Source of the DNA: an uncultured delta proteobacterium
GTDB lineage: Bacteria > Myxococcota > Myxococcia > Myxococcales > Myxococcaceae
Reading direction: 5' to 3'
DNA length: 64,000 nt
Assembly (NCBI GenBank): GCA_963796055.1
Contig: CAWCKH010000004.1
Location: forward strand, 1,792,001 to 1,856,000
Made by a program: the position numbers and the translations under genes
Part shown: in pieces, positions 10,392 through 21,100 of the stretch
Position numbering within the stretch: position 1 is the stretch's first letter
How the letters are laid out: each line of letters starts with the position of its first letter
Notes under the pieces: model-generated
Told to the model about the DNA's origin: nothing
Databases searched by the model: none
Seen by the model: the letters and a program-made list of their open reading frames with translations, nothing else

Positions 10392-10473
10392 CGGCGTCAC
10401 CTTCCCACAGCTTCCGCACAGGCCGTAGCCCCAACTTGGGGAGAACTCCTGTGGCAAACGGTGGGGAGACGGC

Positions 10474-10609
10474 TCAGCCCGGCCCGTCCAGCAGCGCTTC
10501 GGCCTCGGCCAGCGAGAACGCCAGGCGGGAGTCGCTCCTCCAACCTCGCCCGCCCCTTGAAGACCACCACCACCCGCTCGCGCGCCGGAAGCGCTCGGAC
10601 CTCGACCAT
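10474..10609 (-). pseudogene. Possible gene remnant with an internal deletion
   Basis: An N-terminus (MVEVRALPARERVVVVFKG) and a C-terminus-like stretch (RLAFSLAEAEALLDGPG*) sit adjacent in different frames. Confidence 0.3.
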
Positions 10610-10692
10610 GTGCGGCGCGAACCCTGATCTGGGCGCGGCGTCCAGGTCAATCAAACTTCCGTGTTCGGATCTGACAGATTGCAATCGAGGTG

Positions 10693-13600
10693 TCAGATCG
10701 GTCCCACCGCGGGCTCGGCTGCGGTGCGCGAGCGCTCCAGCAGTCGCTCCCAGATCCGGTACATCACCGGGAGCAGCAGCAGGGTGAGCGCACAGGCCGA
10801 CAGCGTCCCGGCCACGATGACCACCGCCAGCGGACGCTGGGTCTCGCTTCCGATGCCCCGCGAGAGCGCCGCCGGGACCAGCCCCAGCGCCGCCAGGCTG
10901 GCGGTCATCAGCACCGGTCTGAGCCGTTCCCGCGCTCCGGCGAGGATGGCCTCGTCCAGCGACTCCCCCCGCTCCCGGCGCCCGGCGATGGCCGACAGCA
11001 CCAGCACGCCGTTGAGCGAGGCCTGGCCGATCAGGGCGATGAAGCCCACCGCCGCCGAGACGCTGAGCGGGAAACCGAACGCCCACAGGCCGAACACTCC
11101 GCCCAGCAGCGCGAAGGGCACGTTGAGCAGGGTGAGGACGGCCAGGGGCAGCGAGTCGAAGGCCTTGAAGAGCAGCACCAGGGTGAGGAGCAGGGCCACC
11201 GGCACCACCGTCGCCAGCCGGGCCATGGCCCGCTCCTTGTTCTCGAACTCGCCACCCCACTCGATGGACATGCCCTTGCCCAGGGGTGCTTCGCGCTCCG
11301 CCCGCTCGCGGGCCTCGTTCACGAAGCCGCCCATGTCCCGGCCCCGCACGTTCATCCGGATGCCGATGTAGCGCCGTCCGTTCTCCCGGTTGATGCTCGC
11401 CCGTCCCACGCCGGTCTCCACCTCGGCCAGCGCCGAGAGAGGAATGGTCAAACCTCCATCGACCGGCACGCGCAGCGAGCGGATCTTCTCCACGTCGTCC
11501 CGGTCGGCCGGGGGGAGCCGGAGCACCACGTCGAACTTGCGCTCTCCCTCCCAGAAATCGGCCACCGGCCGGCCGCCGAGCGCGGTCTGGAACACGTGCT
11601 GGAAGTCGCCGAGGTCCATCCCGTATCGCGCCAGCGCCACCCGGTTCGGCTTGACCCGCACTTGAAGCACCGAGGCGCTCTTCACCAGCGCGAGATCTGC
11701 CGCGCCAGGCACCCGGGCGATGGCGGCCTTCACCTTCTCCGCCTGCGTCTGGAGCGCGGCCAGGTCGTCGCCGTACAGCTTCACCGCGATCTGTCCCTGC
11801 TGCCCGCTGATGCTCTCGTTGACGTTGTCGCGGATCGGCTGGCTGAAGTTCGCCTCGATGCCGGGAATCTCCGCGATCCGCTGCTGCAGCCCGTCCAGGA
11901 CGCCGCCCAGCGTCGGGGTCTGGCGCGGCCAGCGGTCCGGCGGCTTCAGCTTGACGAAGAACTCGAGGTTGTTGGCCAGCTTCGCGTCGGTGCCGTCCTC
12001 GGGCCGGCCCAGCTGGGAGAGCACCGATTCGACCGGAGGCGCGCCCTGCAGCAGCTGGGTGATGCGCGGCACCAGCTTCCGGCCCGCGGTGAGCGAGCTG
12101 TTCGCCGGCAGGGTGAAGGTCATGTACAGCGCGCCCTCGTTCAGCTCGGGGAGGAACTCGCTGCCCAGACTGGGCAGGACCAGCGCCGCGCCCGCGAGGA
12201 GCACGCCGACCGCGCCGATGAGCAGGGCAGGGCGGCCGAGGCAGAAGCGCAGGGTGGGCTCGTACCGTCTCGCCACCCAGGAGAGGAGCGGCGACTCGCC
12301 GTGGGTGACCGGCCTCCGCCACACCAGCGCGGCGAGGACCGGCACCAGGGTGACCGAGAAGAACAGCGCCCCGGCCAGCGCCGAGACCACGGTGTTCGCC
12401 ATCGGGGAGAAGATCCGGCCCTCCACCCGCTGGAGGAGGAAGATCGGCAGGTAGGCGGCGATGATGATCAGCAGCGCGAACACCGTCGGCCGCACCACCG
12501 CGGTGGTCGCCTGGCGGATCTTCTCCTCCACCGTCTCGGCCGAGCTCCGCGACAGCGCCATGCGGGCGAGGATGGCCTCGATGATCACCACCCCGCCGTC
12601 GACGATGACCCCGAAGTCCACCGCCCCCATCGAGAGGAGGTTGGCGCTCATCCCCCGAAGGTGGAGGTAGATGAAGGAGGTGAGCAGCGACAGCGGGATC
12701 AGCGTGGCCACGATCAGCGCCGCCCGGAGATCGAGCAGGAAGACGAAGAGGACCAGCGTCACCAGCACCGCGCCCTCGAGCAGGTTCTGGCCCACCGTGC
12801 GGAGGGTGGTGCCGACCAGATCGGTGCGGTCGTAGAAGGGATCGAGCTTCACCCCCTCGGGCGCGAGTCGCCGGTCGATGTCCTGGACCGCGGTCCGGAT
12901 GCGCCCCAGCACCGCGGAAGGGTTCTCGCCCCGCCGCATCAGCACCACGCCCTGCACGGTGTCCATCGACTCGTTGCGGCTGACCACCCCCTGCCGCGGC
13001 GCCCAGCCCTCGGTGACGGTGGCCACGTCCTTGAGGAAGACCGGCGTGCCCCCCTCGGTCGCCAGCCGGACCGCCTTGAGGTCCTCCACGCTGGTGAAGA
13101 GCCCCTCGCTGCGGATGACCAGCTGCTCGGCGCCGCGCTCCAGCACGCCGCCCGAGGCGTTCACGCTGCCGCCTTTGATGCCCTGCTCGAGCGAGGCCAG
13201 GGTCAGCCCGTGGGCGGCCAGCCGCGACGGGTCGGGCTGGACGTGGATCTCCCGCTGGAGCCCCCCGATGCTCACCACGTCGGCCACGCCGTTCACCCGG
13301 AGGAACGCCGGGCGCACCACCCAATCTTGAAGGGTCCGGAGCTTCATCGGGTCCCCGCCCGCGCCGACCAGCGTGTAGCGGTACACCTCGCCGATGGGGG
13401 TGGCGTACGGACCGAGCTGGGGGACGATGCCGTCGGGCAGGTCGGCGTCCCGGAGCCGCTCCAGGACTTGCTGCCTGGCCCACAGCCCGTCCGTCCCGTC
13501 GTTGAAGGTGAGGGTGACCGACGAGAGCCCGAACAAGGACAGATTTCGGAGCCGCGACAGCTGCGGGATGCCGTTCAGCGCCCGCTCCAGCGGCAGTCCG

Positions 13601-13794
13601 AGCTGGCGTTCCACCTCCTCGGCCGGCTGACCCGGGTAGAGGGTGATGACCTGGACCTGCGTCTCGGTGGGATCGGGGAACGCCTCGACGGTCAGGTCGC
13701 GGAACGACAGCCAGCCCCACACCGCGACGATGGCGGTGAGGGAGAGCACCGCCGCCTTGTTCTTGAGCGAGAAGTCGACCAGGTGCTGGAACAC
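10693..13794 (-). CDS. czcA: CzcA/CusA-family heavy-metal efflux RND permease
   Basis: VEAFPD, ANLLSMGAVDFGVIVDG, GSEFLPELNEG, ERLRPVLMTA; 1033 aa. Confidence 0.9.
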   Translation of the reverse strand: MFQHLVDFSLKNKAAVLSLTAIVAVWGWLSFRDLTVEAFPDPTETQVQVITLYPGQPAEEVERQLGLPLERALNGIPQLSRLRNLSLFGLSSVTLTFNDGTDGLWARQQVLERLRDADLPDGIVPQLGPYATPIGEVYRYTLVGAGGDPMKLRTLQDWVVRPAFLRVNGVADVVSIGGLQREIHVQPDPSRLAAHGLTLASLEQGIKGGSVNASGGVLERGAEQLVIRSEGLFTSVEDLKAVRLATEGGTPVFLKDVATVTEGWAPRQGVVSRNESMDTVQGVVLMRRGENPSAVLGRIRTAVQDIDRRLAPEGVKLDPFYDRTDLVGTTLRTVGQNLLEGAVLVTLVLFVFLLDLRAALIVATLIPLSLLTSFIYLHLRGMSANLLSMGAVDFGVIVDGGVVIIEAILARMALSRSSAETVEEKIRQATTAVVRPTVFALLIIIAAYLPIFLLQRVEGRIFSPMANTVVSALAGALFFSVTLVPVLAALVWRRPVTHGESPLLSWVARRYEPTLRFCLGRPALLIGAVGVLLAGAALVLPSLGSEFLPELNEGALYMTFTLPANSSLTAGRKLVPRITQLLQGAPPVESVLSQLGRPEDGTDAKLANNLEFFVKLKPPDRWPRQTPTLGGVLDGLQQRIAEIPGIEANFSQPIRDNVNESISGQQGQIAVKLYGDDLAALQTQAEKVKAAIARVPGAADLALVKSASVLQVRVKPNRVALARYGMDLGDFQHVFQTALGGRPVADFWEGERKFDVVLRLPPADRDDVEKIRSLRVPVDGGLTIPLSALAEVETGVGRASINRENGRRYIGIRMNVRGRDMGGFVNEARERAEREAPLGKGMSIEWGGEFENKERAMARLATVVPVALLLTLVLLFKAFDSLPLAVLTLLNVPFALLGGVFGLWAFGFPLSVSAAVGFIALIGQASLNGVLVLSAIAGRRERGESLDEAILAGARERLRPVLMTASLAALGLVPAALSRGIGSETQRPLAVVIVAGTLSACALTLLLLPVMYRIWERLLERSRTAAEPAVGPI

Positions 13795-13798
13795 GGAC

Positions 13799-14986
13799 CT
13801 ATTGCTCCAGCTCCAGCTCCAGCTGGTTCAGCAGGAGGATGGCGCCCTTGCTGACGTACCGCGCCCCGGGCTCGAGGCCGGCGCGGAGCTCGACCTCGCC
13901 GCTGCGCTGGCGGCCCGGGGTGACGGTCACTCGCTCCAGCTTCCCCTCGCCGCGGGAGACGAACACCACCGAGACCTGCCCGTCGGTAACCACCGCCTCG
14001 GCGGGGACCCGCACCCGCCTCTGCGATGGGTCGGACTGGAGCTCGACGTCGACGAAGGCGTTGGGGCGGAGCGCGCGGTCCTCGTTGCCCGCGCGGATGC
14101 GCACCTCGACGGTGCGCCGCTTGGGGTCGACCACCTCGGAGATGCGGTCGATGGTGCCCGGACGGATGACGCTGCCGGCGCGGGTGCGGATGGTGACCTG
14201 TCCGCCCACCCGCAAGTCGTAGGCGTCGCTCTCCTGCACGTCGGCGAGGACCAGCACCTCGGACAGCTCGGAGATGCGAACCAGGGGGTGGTCCCCGGAG
14301 GGCTGGACCTCCTGGCTCGCCACCACATCCAGGTCGACGACGGTCCCGGAGCGCGGAGCGACGACCCAGAACAGGTTGTCGCCCTCCGGTGCGATCCGGA
14401 GCGACGAGCGCTTGGCGGCCGAGGCGCGTGCGGCCAGCTCGGCCTCGTGGAGGTCCGCCTCGGCGGCGAGGGCGTCCTTCTCGGGGGCGGCGCGGATCTC
14501 CACCAGCTCGCGGGCGCGGGCGGCGATGCGCCGCTTCACCTCGACGTTCGCCCGGGCGGAGGCCATCTCCCTTTCCAGATCTGCCCATGCGGCGGAACGG
14601 ACGTTGAACAGGCGGTCGCCCTCCTGCACCCGATCGCCGATGCGGACCAGTACCCGCTCCACCCGGCCGGGCATCGGAGCGCTGAGGGAGGCGGTCCGCT
14701 TCTCGTCGAAGCTCACCCGCCCGGGCACCGGTGGCGGGGGAAGCGGCGCCGCCTCGGCGGCGGTGGCCAGCTCGACGTAGCGCCACTGCGGCGCCGTTTC
14801 GGGGATCTGGAGCGTGTTGCCCCGGACGGTGATGCGGCGGACGGGCTGGGAGGTTGCCTCGTGCTGGCGGAGCAGGAGCCAGCTGGCGGAGACCAGGGCC
14901 ACCAGGGTGACGCCGCCGCCCACCAGGAGCGAGGGACGGGCGCGCCGGAATCCCCCGAGGGTGCCGGAGCCTGCGTCAGGGGACAT
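13799..14986 (-). CDS. czcB: RND periplasmic adaptor (membrane fusion protein)
   Basis: N-terminal TM, APMPGRVERV, APRSGTV, VDPKRRTVEVR; lies between the TolC and RND genes. Confidence 0.85.
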   Translation of the reverse strand: MSPDAGSGTLGGFRRARPSLLVGGGVTLVALVSASWLLLRQHEATSQPVRRITVRGNTLQIPETAPQWRYVELATAAEAAPLPPPPVPGRVSFDEKRTASLSAPMPGRVERVLVRIGDRVQEGDRLFNVRSAAWADLEREMASARANVEVKRRIAARARELVEIRAAPEKDALAAEADLHEAELAARASAAKRSSLRIAPEGDNLFWVVAPRSGTVVDLDVVASQEVQPSGDHPLVRISELSEVLVLADVQESDAYDLRVGGQVTIRTRAGSVIRPGTIDRISEVVDPKRRTVEVRIRAGNEDRALRPNAFVDVELQSDPSQRRVRVPAEAVVTDGQVSVVFVSRGEGKLERVTVTPGRQRSGEVELRAGLEPGARYVSKGAILLLNQLELELEQ

Positions 14987-16316
14987 GGGGGATGCTCTCG
15001 GGCAAGGGGGGCAGCTCCCCGGCGGTTCGGGCCTGCGCCACGGTGAGGTGGAAGGCGAAGAGGTCGAGATCGGCGGCGTCGAGCTGGAGATCGCCCAGCG
15101 TCCGTCGGGCGAGGAGGAGGTCCGGAAGGGGCGCCCCGCCGCGGGTCACGGCGCTCTCCAGCCGCTGCACCACGTCGCGGGCCAGCGGCAAGGTGCGCTC
15201 CATCAGGCGGCTCCGGCGGGCGAGGGCGGCCGCGCGCTGCTGCTCGAGGGAGGTCAGGTCGCGCACGCTCGACGCCCGGAGCAGCAGCTGCGCTTGCCCG
15301 GCGGCCTCGGCCAGAGCGGAGGCCGCCTTGGCATCCGCCTGACCGTGGTCGAAGAACGGCAGCGGCAGGCTCACGCCGACCATGACGCTCTGGTGCTGGT
15401 TGCCGGAGATGACGAACTGATCGAGCACGTAGCCGATGCGGAAGGTGGGGTCGGGGATCCACCGGTTCCTGGCGAGGTCGAGGCTGGAGCGGGCGGCGGC
15501 CTCCTGGGCCTGGAGCGAGCGCAGGTCGGGCCGCTGATCCAGCGCCGGGGCGGGAGGGCTGGCCGCGAGCCGGGCGGAGAGGAACGCCCGGGCGCCATCG
15601 GTGCTGGCGAAGGGCCGGCAGGGGAGGCCCACGGTCTGAGCGCAGAGGAGGAGCGCAGCGGAGAGCTTCTCCCGCTCCTGGCCGAGGTTGGAGGCGTATT
15701 TCTCGGCCTCGAGCACCGCCCGGTCGACGTCGAGGCCGGCGATGTCACCGCGCTTCTGCCGCTCTCGCTGCAGATCGGCGAGGCGCTGGGCATCGCGCAC
15801 CGTCTCCTCGAGCGCGCCGACGCGGATCTCCGCGGTGGCCACCTCCGAGATGCGCTCCAGCAGGTCGAACCAGCGCTGGCGCAAGGTCTCGACGGCGTCG
15901 AACAGCGCGGCGTCGCGGGTGGCGCGGCTGCCGGCCTGGCGGGGACCGCGCTTGCCGATCTCCAGCGGCTGGTTGAGGGTGAAGGTGTAGTTGGGGACGT
16001 CCTTGAGCTTGTCGAGGCCCGGGGGATTCGTTGGCCCTAAGGCCAGGGTGCCCCACTGGAAGTCGAAGCCCGGATTGGGGAAGACCTCCGAGCGGGTGAC
16101 CTCCGCCTCTGCCTGTCCGAGCCTCGCGCGCGCGGCGACGAGGTCCGGGGAACGGGTCCACAGCAGCTCGACGAGGTCGAGGTCTGCCGGGGAACTGGAA
16201 AGGTCGAGTGACTCCGGATTGGGCGCGGTGGCGGCGAGCGCCACGGCGAGAAGCCAGGAACTGCTGATCAGCACGCGGCGGCACCAGAGCAAGGAGCCTG
16301 CCACCCCGAAATTCAA
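14976..16316 (-). CDS. czcC: TolC-family outer membrane efflux protein
   Basis: FPNP, QPLEIGKRGPR, RPDLR, SLPLPFFD. Real start may be GTG at 16274. Confidence 0.85.
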   Translation of the reverse strand: MNFGVAGSLLWCRRVLISSSWLLAVALAATAPNPESLDLSSSPADLDLVELLWTRSPDLVAARARLGQAEAEVTRSEVFPNPGFDFQWGTLALGPTNPPGLDKLKDVPNYTFTLNQPLEIGKRGPRQAGSRATRDAALFDAVETLRQRWFDLLERISEVATAEIRVGALEETVRDAQRLADLQRERQKRGDIAGLDVDRAVLEAEKYASNLGQEREKLSAALLLCAQTVGLPCRPFASTDGARAFLSARLAASPPAPALDQRPDLRSLQAQEAAARSSLDLARNRWIPDPTFRIGYVLDQFVISGNQHQSVMVGVSLPLPFFDHGQADAKAASALAEAAGQAQLLLRASSVRDLTSLEQQRAAALARRSRLMERTLPLARDVVQRLESAVTRGGAPLPDLLLARRTLGDLQLDAADLDLFAFHLTVAQARTAGELPPLPESIPHVP

Positions 16317-16576
16317 CGGGTTGCCACGGTCCTGGGCGGAGGGATGCCAGTTGCTTGCAGGGGCGGCTGAAGCGGCGTTTCACCGCGAGGCGGGGCGCGA
16401 ATGACAGCGGTGTGGAGCGCCGGGTGCGTCCGGCTTCCCGTCCCGGGCACCGGATGGCAGCGGCTGTCGGGGGCTGTCTTCCTCGTTCGCGCCGCGCGTC
16501 CGCGGGGTGCGGTCAATACCGTTCGCGAGCCCTCGTTGCTCTGGCTGCCAGGCGGGCTGGAGCGTAACCTCGGCGC

Positions 16577-17029
16577 ATGGCCTCATCCCTGGGCTTCGTT
16601 CCGCGGCGGCGGCCGAGCGGACTGGTCAGCGAGCACCTCGACGGTGAGGTGCTGCTGTATGTCGAGGCGACGCACAAGGCGTTCTGTCTCAACCCGGCGG
16701 CGTCGCGGGTCTGGGAGTCGATCGACGGAGCGCGGGACGTCTCGGGCATCGCCCTGCGCACCGCGCTCGATCCGGAGCTGGTCGGCGGCACGCTGCGGGA
16801 GATGGGCGAGGCGGGGCTGCTGGAGGAGGTGCCGGAGCTCCCGGGCGTGGATCTGTCGCGGCGGCGGCTCGTGCGCGCGGGGCTGGTGGCGATCCCGTTC
16901 ATCCTCGCGATCACCGTGCCCCGCGCGGCGGAGGCGGCGTCGTGCGTCACCGGCCTGCCCGGTACACCCTGCGATGACACCCACACCTGCTGCGTGGGCA
17001 TCTGCAACGCCGGGTTCTGCAAACAGTGA
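16577..17029 (+). CDS. PqqD/RRE domain fused to a twin-Arg leader and six-Cys peptide (putative precursor, copy 1)
   Basis: EVLLY...CLNPAASRVWESIDGAR (PqqD-like), then LSRRRLVRAGLVAIPFILAITVPRAAEAA and SCVTGLPGTPCDDTHTCCVGICNAGFCKQ. Confidence 0.8.
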   Translation: MASSLGFVPRRRPSGLVSEHLDGEVLLYVEATHKAFCLNPAASRVWESIDGARDVSGIALRTALDPELVGGTLREMGEAGLLEEVPELPGVDLSRRRLVRAGLVAIPFILAITVPRAAEAASCVTGLPGTPCDDTHTCCVGICNAGFCKQ

Positions 17030-18117
17030 AACTGGACGAGGCACTGGCGCTGGCGATCGCCGGCGCGCTGCGAAGAGCCTGGGCTGACCCCGGTCCACCC
17101 CGCGTGCCGGCGGTGGACGTTCGACGCTGGGCCGAGCGCTTGGTCGAGGGTGGTGTCGCAGGGCTCGCGTGGTGGCGCATCAAGAACACCGAGATGGGGA
17201 CGCTCGCCCAGCTCTTACCGCTGCGCGCAGCGTTTCAGCACCACGCCCTGACGGCGGCCAGGCAGGAACGCGATCTTCCGCATCTTCTGGCTCACTTCAA
17301 TGCCGAAGGGATCGAGCCGATCCTGTTCAAGGGGTGGACCCTCGCGCGACTCTATCCGCACCGCGCGCTCCGTCCGTTCGGTGACTTCGACCTGCTGGTG
17401 CGGGAGTCCGAGGTCGATCGGGCCCGCACGGTTCTGCGCTCCCTCGGACCGGACCTTCAGTCGCGGGCCGATGTAGACACCGCGCGGACGCTGGCGCGCT
17501 ACCTGCCTGATCGAACGGAGGCCGAACTCTTCGGCCGTGCCCGCTCGGAGACGGCCGGTGGTGCTCGGCTCAGGACGCTCGCCGCCGAGGACCACCTCCG
17601 TCTGGTGACGCTGCACCAGCTTCATCACGGGGCCTGGCGGCCGCTGTGGCTGTGTGACGTGGCGTTGTTGCTCGAGGCGCTCCCAGCGGAGTTTTCCTGG
17701 GAGCGGTGCCTCGCAGGCGATCCACGGCTGAGTGAGGGTGTACTGGTCAGCGTGGCGCTCGCGCACGAGTTGCTCGGAGCGACCATTCCGCGCGGAGTGC
17801 CGCAGGTGGCGGTCCCCCGCTGGCTCCGACGTGCGGTGTTCCACGGATGGGCGCATGGCTACGAGAGCATGCCCCCGTCGCTGTACGACCTCCGGAAGCT
17901 GGGGTGGCCAGAGGCGGTGACGGCAATCCGCGCGCGGTGGCCGGATCCGGTGAGCGCGACGGTGCATCTTCGCGCTCCGTTCCGAGCCGTGCCGCGTCCC
18001 GTGGTCCAGCTCACGGAGTGCCTGCGCCGGGCGGCGGCTTTCGTCCGGCGTGATTTGCGCTGGCGTGCGGGTCTGGACGCGCAGCTTGCAACTGTCGGCA
18101 AGGGGGTTGTGCCGTGA
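17026..18117 (+). CDS. Nucleotidyltransferase family protein (NTP_transf_5-like), copy 1
   Basis: GIEPILFKGWTLARLY, RPFGDFDLLV, DHLRL...H, LWLCDV; GTGA-coupled to both neighbours. Confidence 0.82.
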   Translation: MKLDEALALAIAGALRRAWADPGPPRVPAVDVRRWAERLVEGGVAGLAWWRIKNTEMGTLAQLLPLRAAFQHHALTAARQERDLPHLLAHFNAEGIEPILFKGWTLARLYPHRALRPFGDFDLLVRESEVDRARTVLRSLGPDLQSRADVDTARTLARYLPDRTEAELFGRARSETAGGARLRTLAAEDHLRLVTLHQLHHGAWRPLWLCDVALLLEALPAEFSWERCLAGDPRLSEGVLVSVALAHELLGATIPRGVPQVAVPRWLRRAVFHGWAHGYESMPPSLYDLRKLGWPEAVTAIRARWPDPVSATVHLRAPFRAVPRPVVQLTECLRRAAAFVRRDLRWRAGLDAQLATVGKGVVP

Positions 18118-21100
18118 CTGCCTGGAGGGCCCTGAGGGCCGCGCTGCTCATGGTGGCGGCGGCTAGCAGCCCGAGTCTTGCGCAGGTGACCTGCCCCATT
18201 GGGGCGAGCACGTGGCTGGACGGCGCGGGCTCGTGGGTGACCGGAACGAACTGGAATCCGACGGGGGTGCCAGCCCCGAGCGCCGATGTCTGCTTCGATA
18301 CTTCCACGGCCAACCCCACGCTCGCGGCCGGGACCACGACGGTGGGGACGCTGAACGTGCTGTCCACGGGGACCCTCACGTTGACCGGTGGCTCTCTCCG
18401 CAACTTCACGATCAACGGCGGGATCAATGCCGATGGTCCGTTCACCTTCAACAGCATCACCAATGTCATTCCCTCGGCGACTCAAAGCTGGGTGATCAAC
18501 GGGTTCGGAAGCACATTCAATTCTCCGCTATCGGTGCCGGTCCTGACTGCCGCGACGACAACGATCAACGTCACCGGGATCGCTGACCTCACTTTCAACG
18601 TGGCCGCCCCTCGGGGATTTCAGGCGTTCAACTGGGGCGCAGGCGTCCTGACCCTGACGACCAATGGGCTTGGATCAGGCACTCCGATCACCTTGAGTGG
18701 CGCGAATGCGGCACTCCTCGTCAGCTCGACGGCTGCACTGACTCTCGACAATCCCGTCATCGCCACTGCCTCCGGAGAGTTGTTGGCAGTGGACGGAGCG
18801 AGCGGTGTTCAGCACGCGCTCGGGCGTGTGACGGTCTCACCAGGCGTGACGCTCCAAGAGTTGCTGGGGGGCACGAACAACGTCAAGCTCCAGCTCGGTG
18901 GTCTCACGCTCGGCGCGGGCTCGACACTCCTGAAGCAGGACTTCGGCGGCATCTATGTCAATGGGAGCGTGTCCGACACGGCGAGCAGCACGCTGACTCT
19001 GTTCATCGGGTTCACGACCCCCACTGGCTCGCAGCTGGACGAGGGGCTGCACTTCCAGTCGAGCACGACGGTCAACTCGATCATCTCCTCCACCGCGAGT
19101 TTGAACTCGGCGATGGTCGGCGCGGACGGGGCCACCACTCTGACCCTCGCCGGTGTGGTCGATGTGGGGAACGCCGGCCGCCTGATCCTCATCCCCCGGG
19201 GCGGGGCCACCATCCTGTTCGGTCCTTCCTCGTTCAATGCACCGGGCAATCCGAACGACATCCAGCTCCGCGGCACCGCTGGCAACACCGTCGAGTTCAC
19301 CAACGCGGCGGTGACCGCGAACGCAGTCACGGTGTACGACGGGCTCAGTTTCCAGACCGACGCCAACCCACCGCCACCGACGGTCACCTTCTCCACCACG
19401 AGCGGAGCGACCTGGCGGGTTCGTAACGCGGCTCAAAGTCTCCCCGGAGCGCTCACGCTCAACGCCGCTGGGACCGTGGACACGGGAACCGATCTGACCA
19501 TCACCGGGGTGCTTGCCGGGTCCGGAGCGCTCACCAAGACGGGTGCTGGTTCGTTGACCCTCGGGCCGGGGACCCATACCCACAACGGTGGAATCACCGT
19601 GAACGCCGGGACGCTCGAGGTGGACGGAACGCTCACTGGTGAGAACACCATCAGCATCAACAACGGTGGTGGGCTCGCAGGTGCCGGGACGCTGCAGTCG
19701 GGCACCGGGCCGATCACCGTGGCAGCGGGCGCGCGCTACACGCCCGGCAGCGGCGGCACCGGAATACTCGCGACCAATGACCTGAGCCTCAGCGACACCT
19801 CGGTGCTGAACTTCACCGTGGGCACACCGACGACTACGGGTTCGGTCACCGGGGCGCTGCTCCTCGACGGCATCCTCAACATCACGCAGGGCCCGGGCTT
19901 CGCCCAGGGCGTGTACACGATCTTCACCGCGACCGCCGCGATCACCAACAACGATCTTCGTCTGGGCACGGTGCCCACCGGTTTCTCCTACGGCTACGCG
20001 GTCAACGGAAACCAGGTCGAGCTGCACGTCGGTCCGCCCCCCACGGCCGTCGAGATGGTGAAGTCCGATGCCGTCAGCGACGGCAGCTCGGCTCAGGTCG
20101 CCTGGGAAGCAGGGACCGAGGTGCGGAATCTCGGCTACCGCGTGTACCGGGAAGAGAACGGCCGTCGTCAAGAGATCAGCGGACTGATCGCCGGCTCATC
20201 GTTACGGGCGGGATTCGACCCCCTCGCCGGCCGCAACTACGGCTTTGTTGACCCGAGCGGATCGTGGGGAGCCCGCTACTGGATCGAGGCCATCGGTCTG
20301 GACGGGAAGAGCCAGTGGTTCGGGCCGGTGAACGCTCGGCGTGGAGACTTGCCCCAGACGCGTGTGCAATCCGCTGCGCTCGTGGCAAAGGTCGGGGCGT
20401 CGGCGCTGGTCGCCTCCGTTGAACGGCCCAGCGCTCGCCAGGTGGACCCACCGGGTGTCGATCGCTCTTGGCGAGATCCGAACCTGAGGCGACAGTGGGA
20501 GATCGCGGCCAGCTCGACTGCGGTGAAGCTCCTCGTCCATCAGGACGGCGTGTACCGGGTCAGCGCAGACCAGCTCGTCCAGGCCGGCCTTCCTGCGGGG
20601 ACTCCGCTCGGCTCGCTGAGGCTCTGGTCGGGCGGTAGCCCCGTCGCGTTCCGCGTGGTCGGGAATGCTGTCGAATTCTTCGGGCAGGCCGCGGACACCC
20701 GGTACACCGACACCCGGGTGTACTGGCTCACCACTGGGCTGGGCCAACCGATCTCGATCAAGGCGGCTCCGACGGCGAACGCCACGGGCGCAGCCGGCAG
20801 CTTCCTCGAAACGCTCGAGATTCGCGACCGTACGCTGTACCTCGCGGCACTCCTGAACGCAGAGACGGATGGCTTCTTCGGGGAACCGCTCATCGGAACG
20901 AGCCCGATGGAGCGCGTGTTCTCCACTCCTGCGCTGGCGGTGGTGGCGAGCGACCCCGCCGTGCTGGAGGTGAGCGTCCAGGGGCTCACCAACGGTAACC
21001 ACACGATCGACGTCACCGTGAACGGGCTCGTCGTGGGGACCGTCCACAGTGTGTTCCAGGACGTGGCGAAGGCCCGCTTCATGGTTCCGCCTGGGCTGCT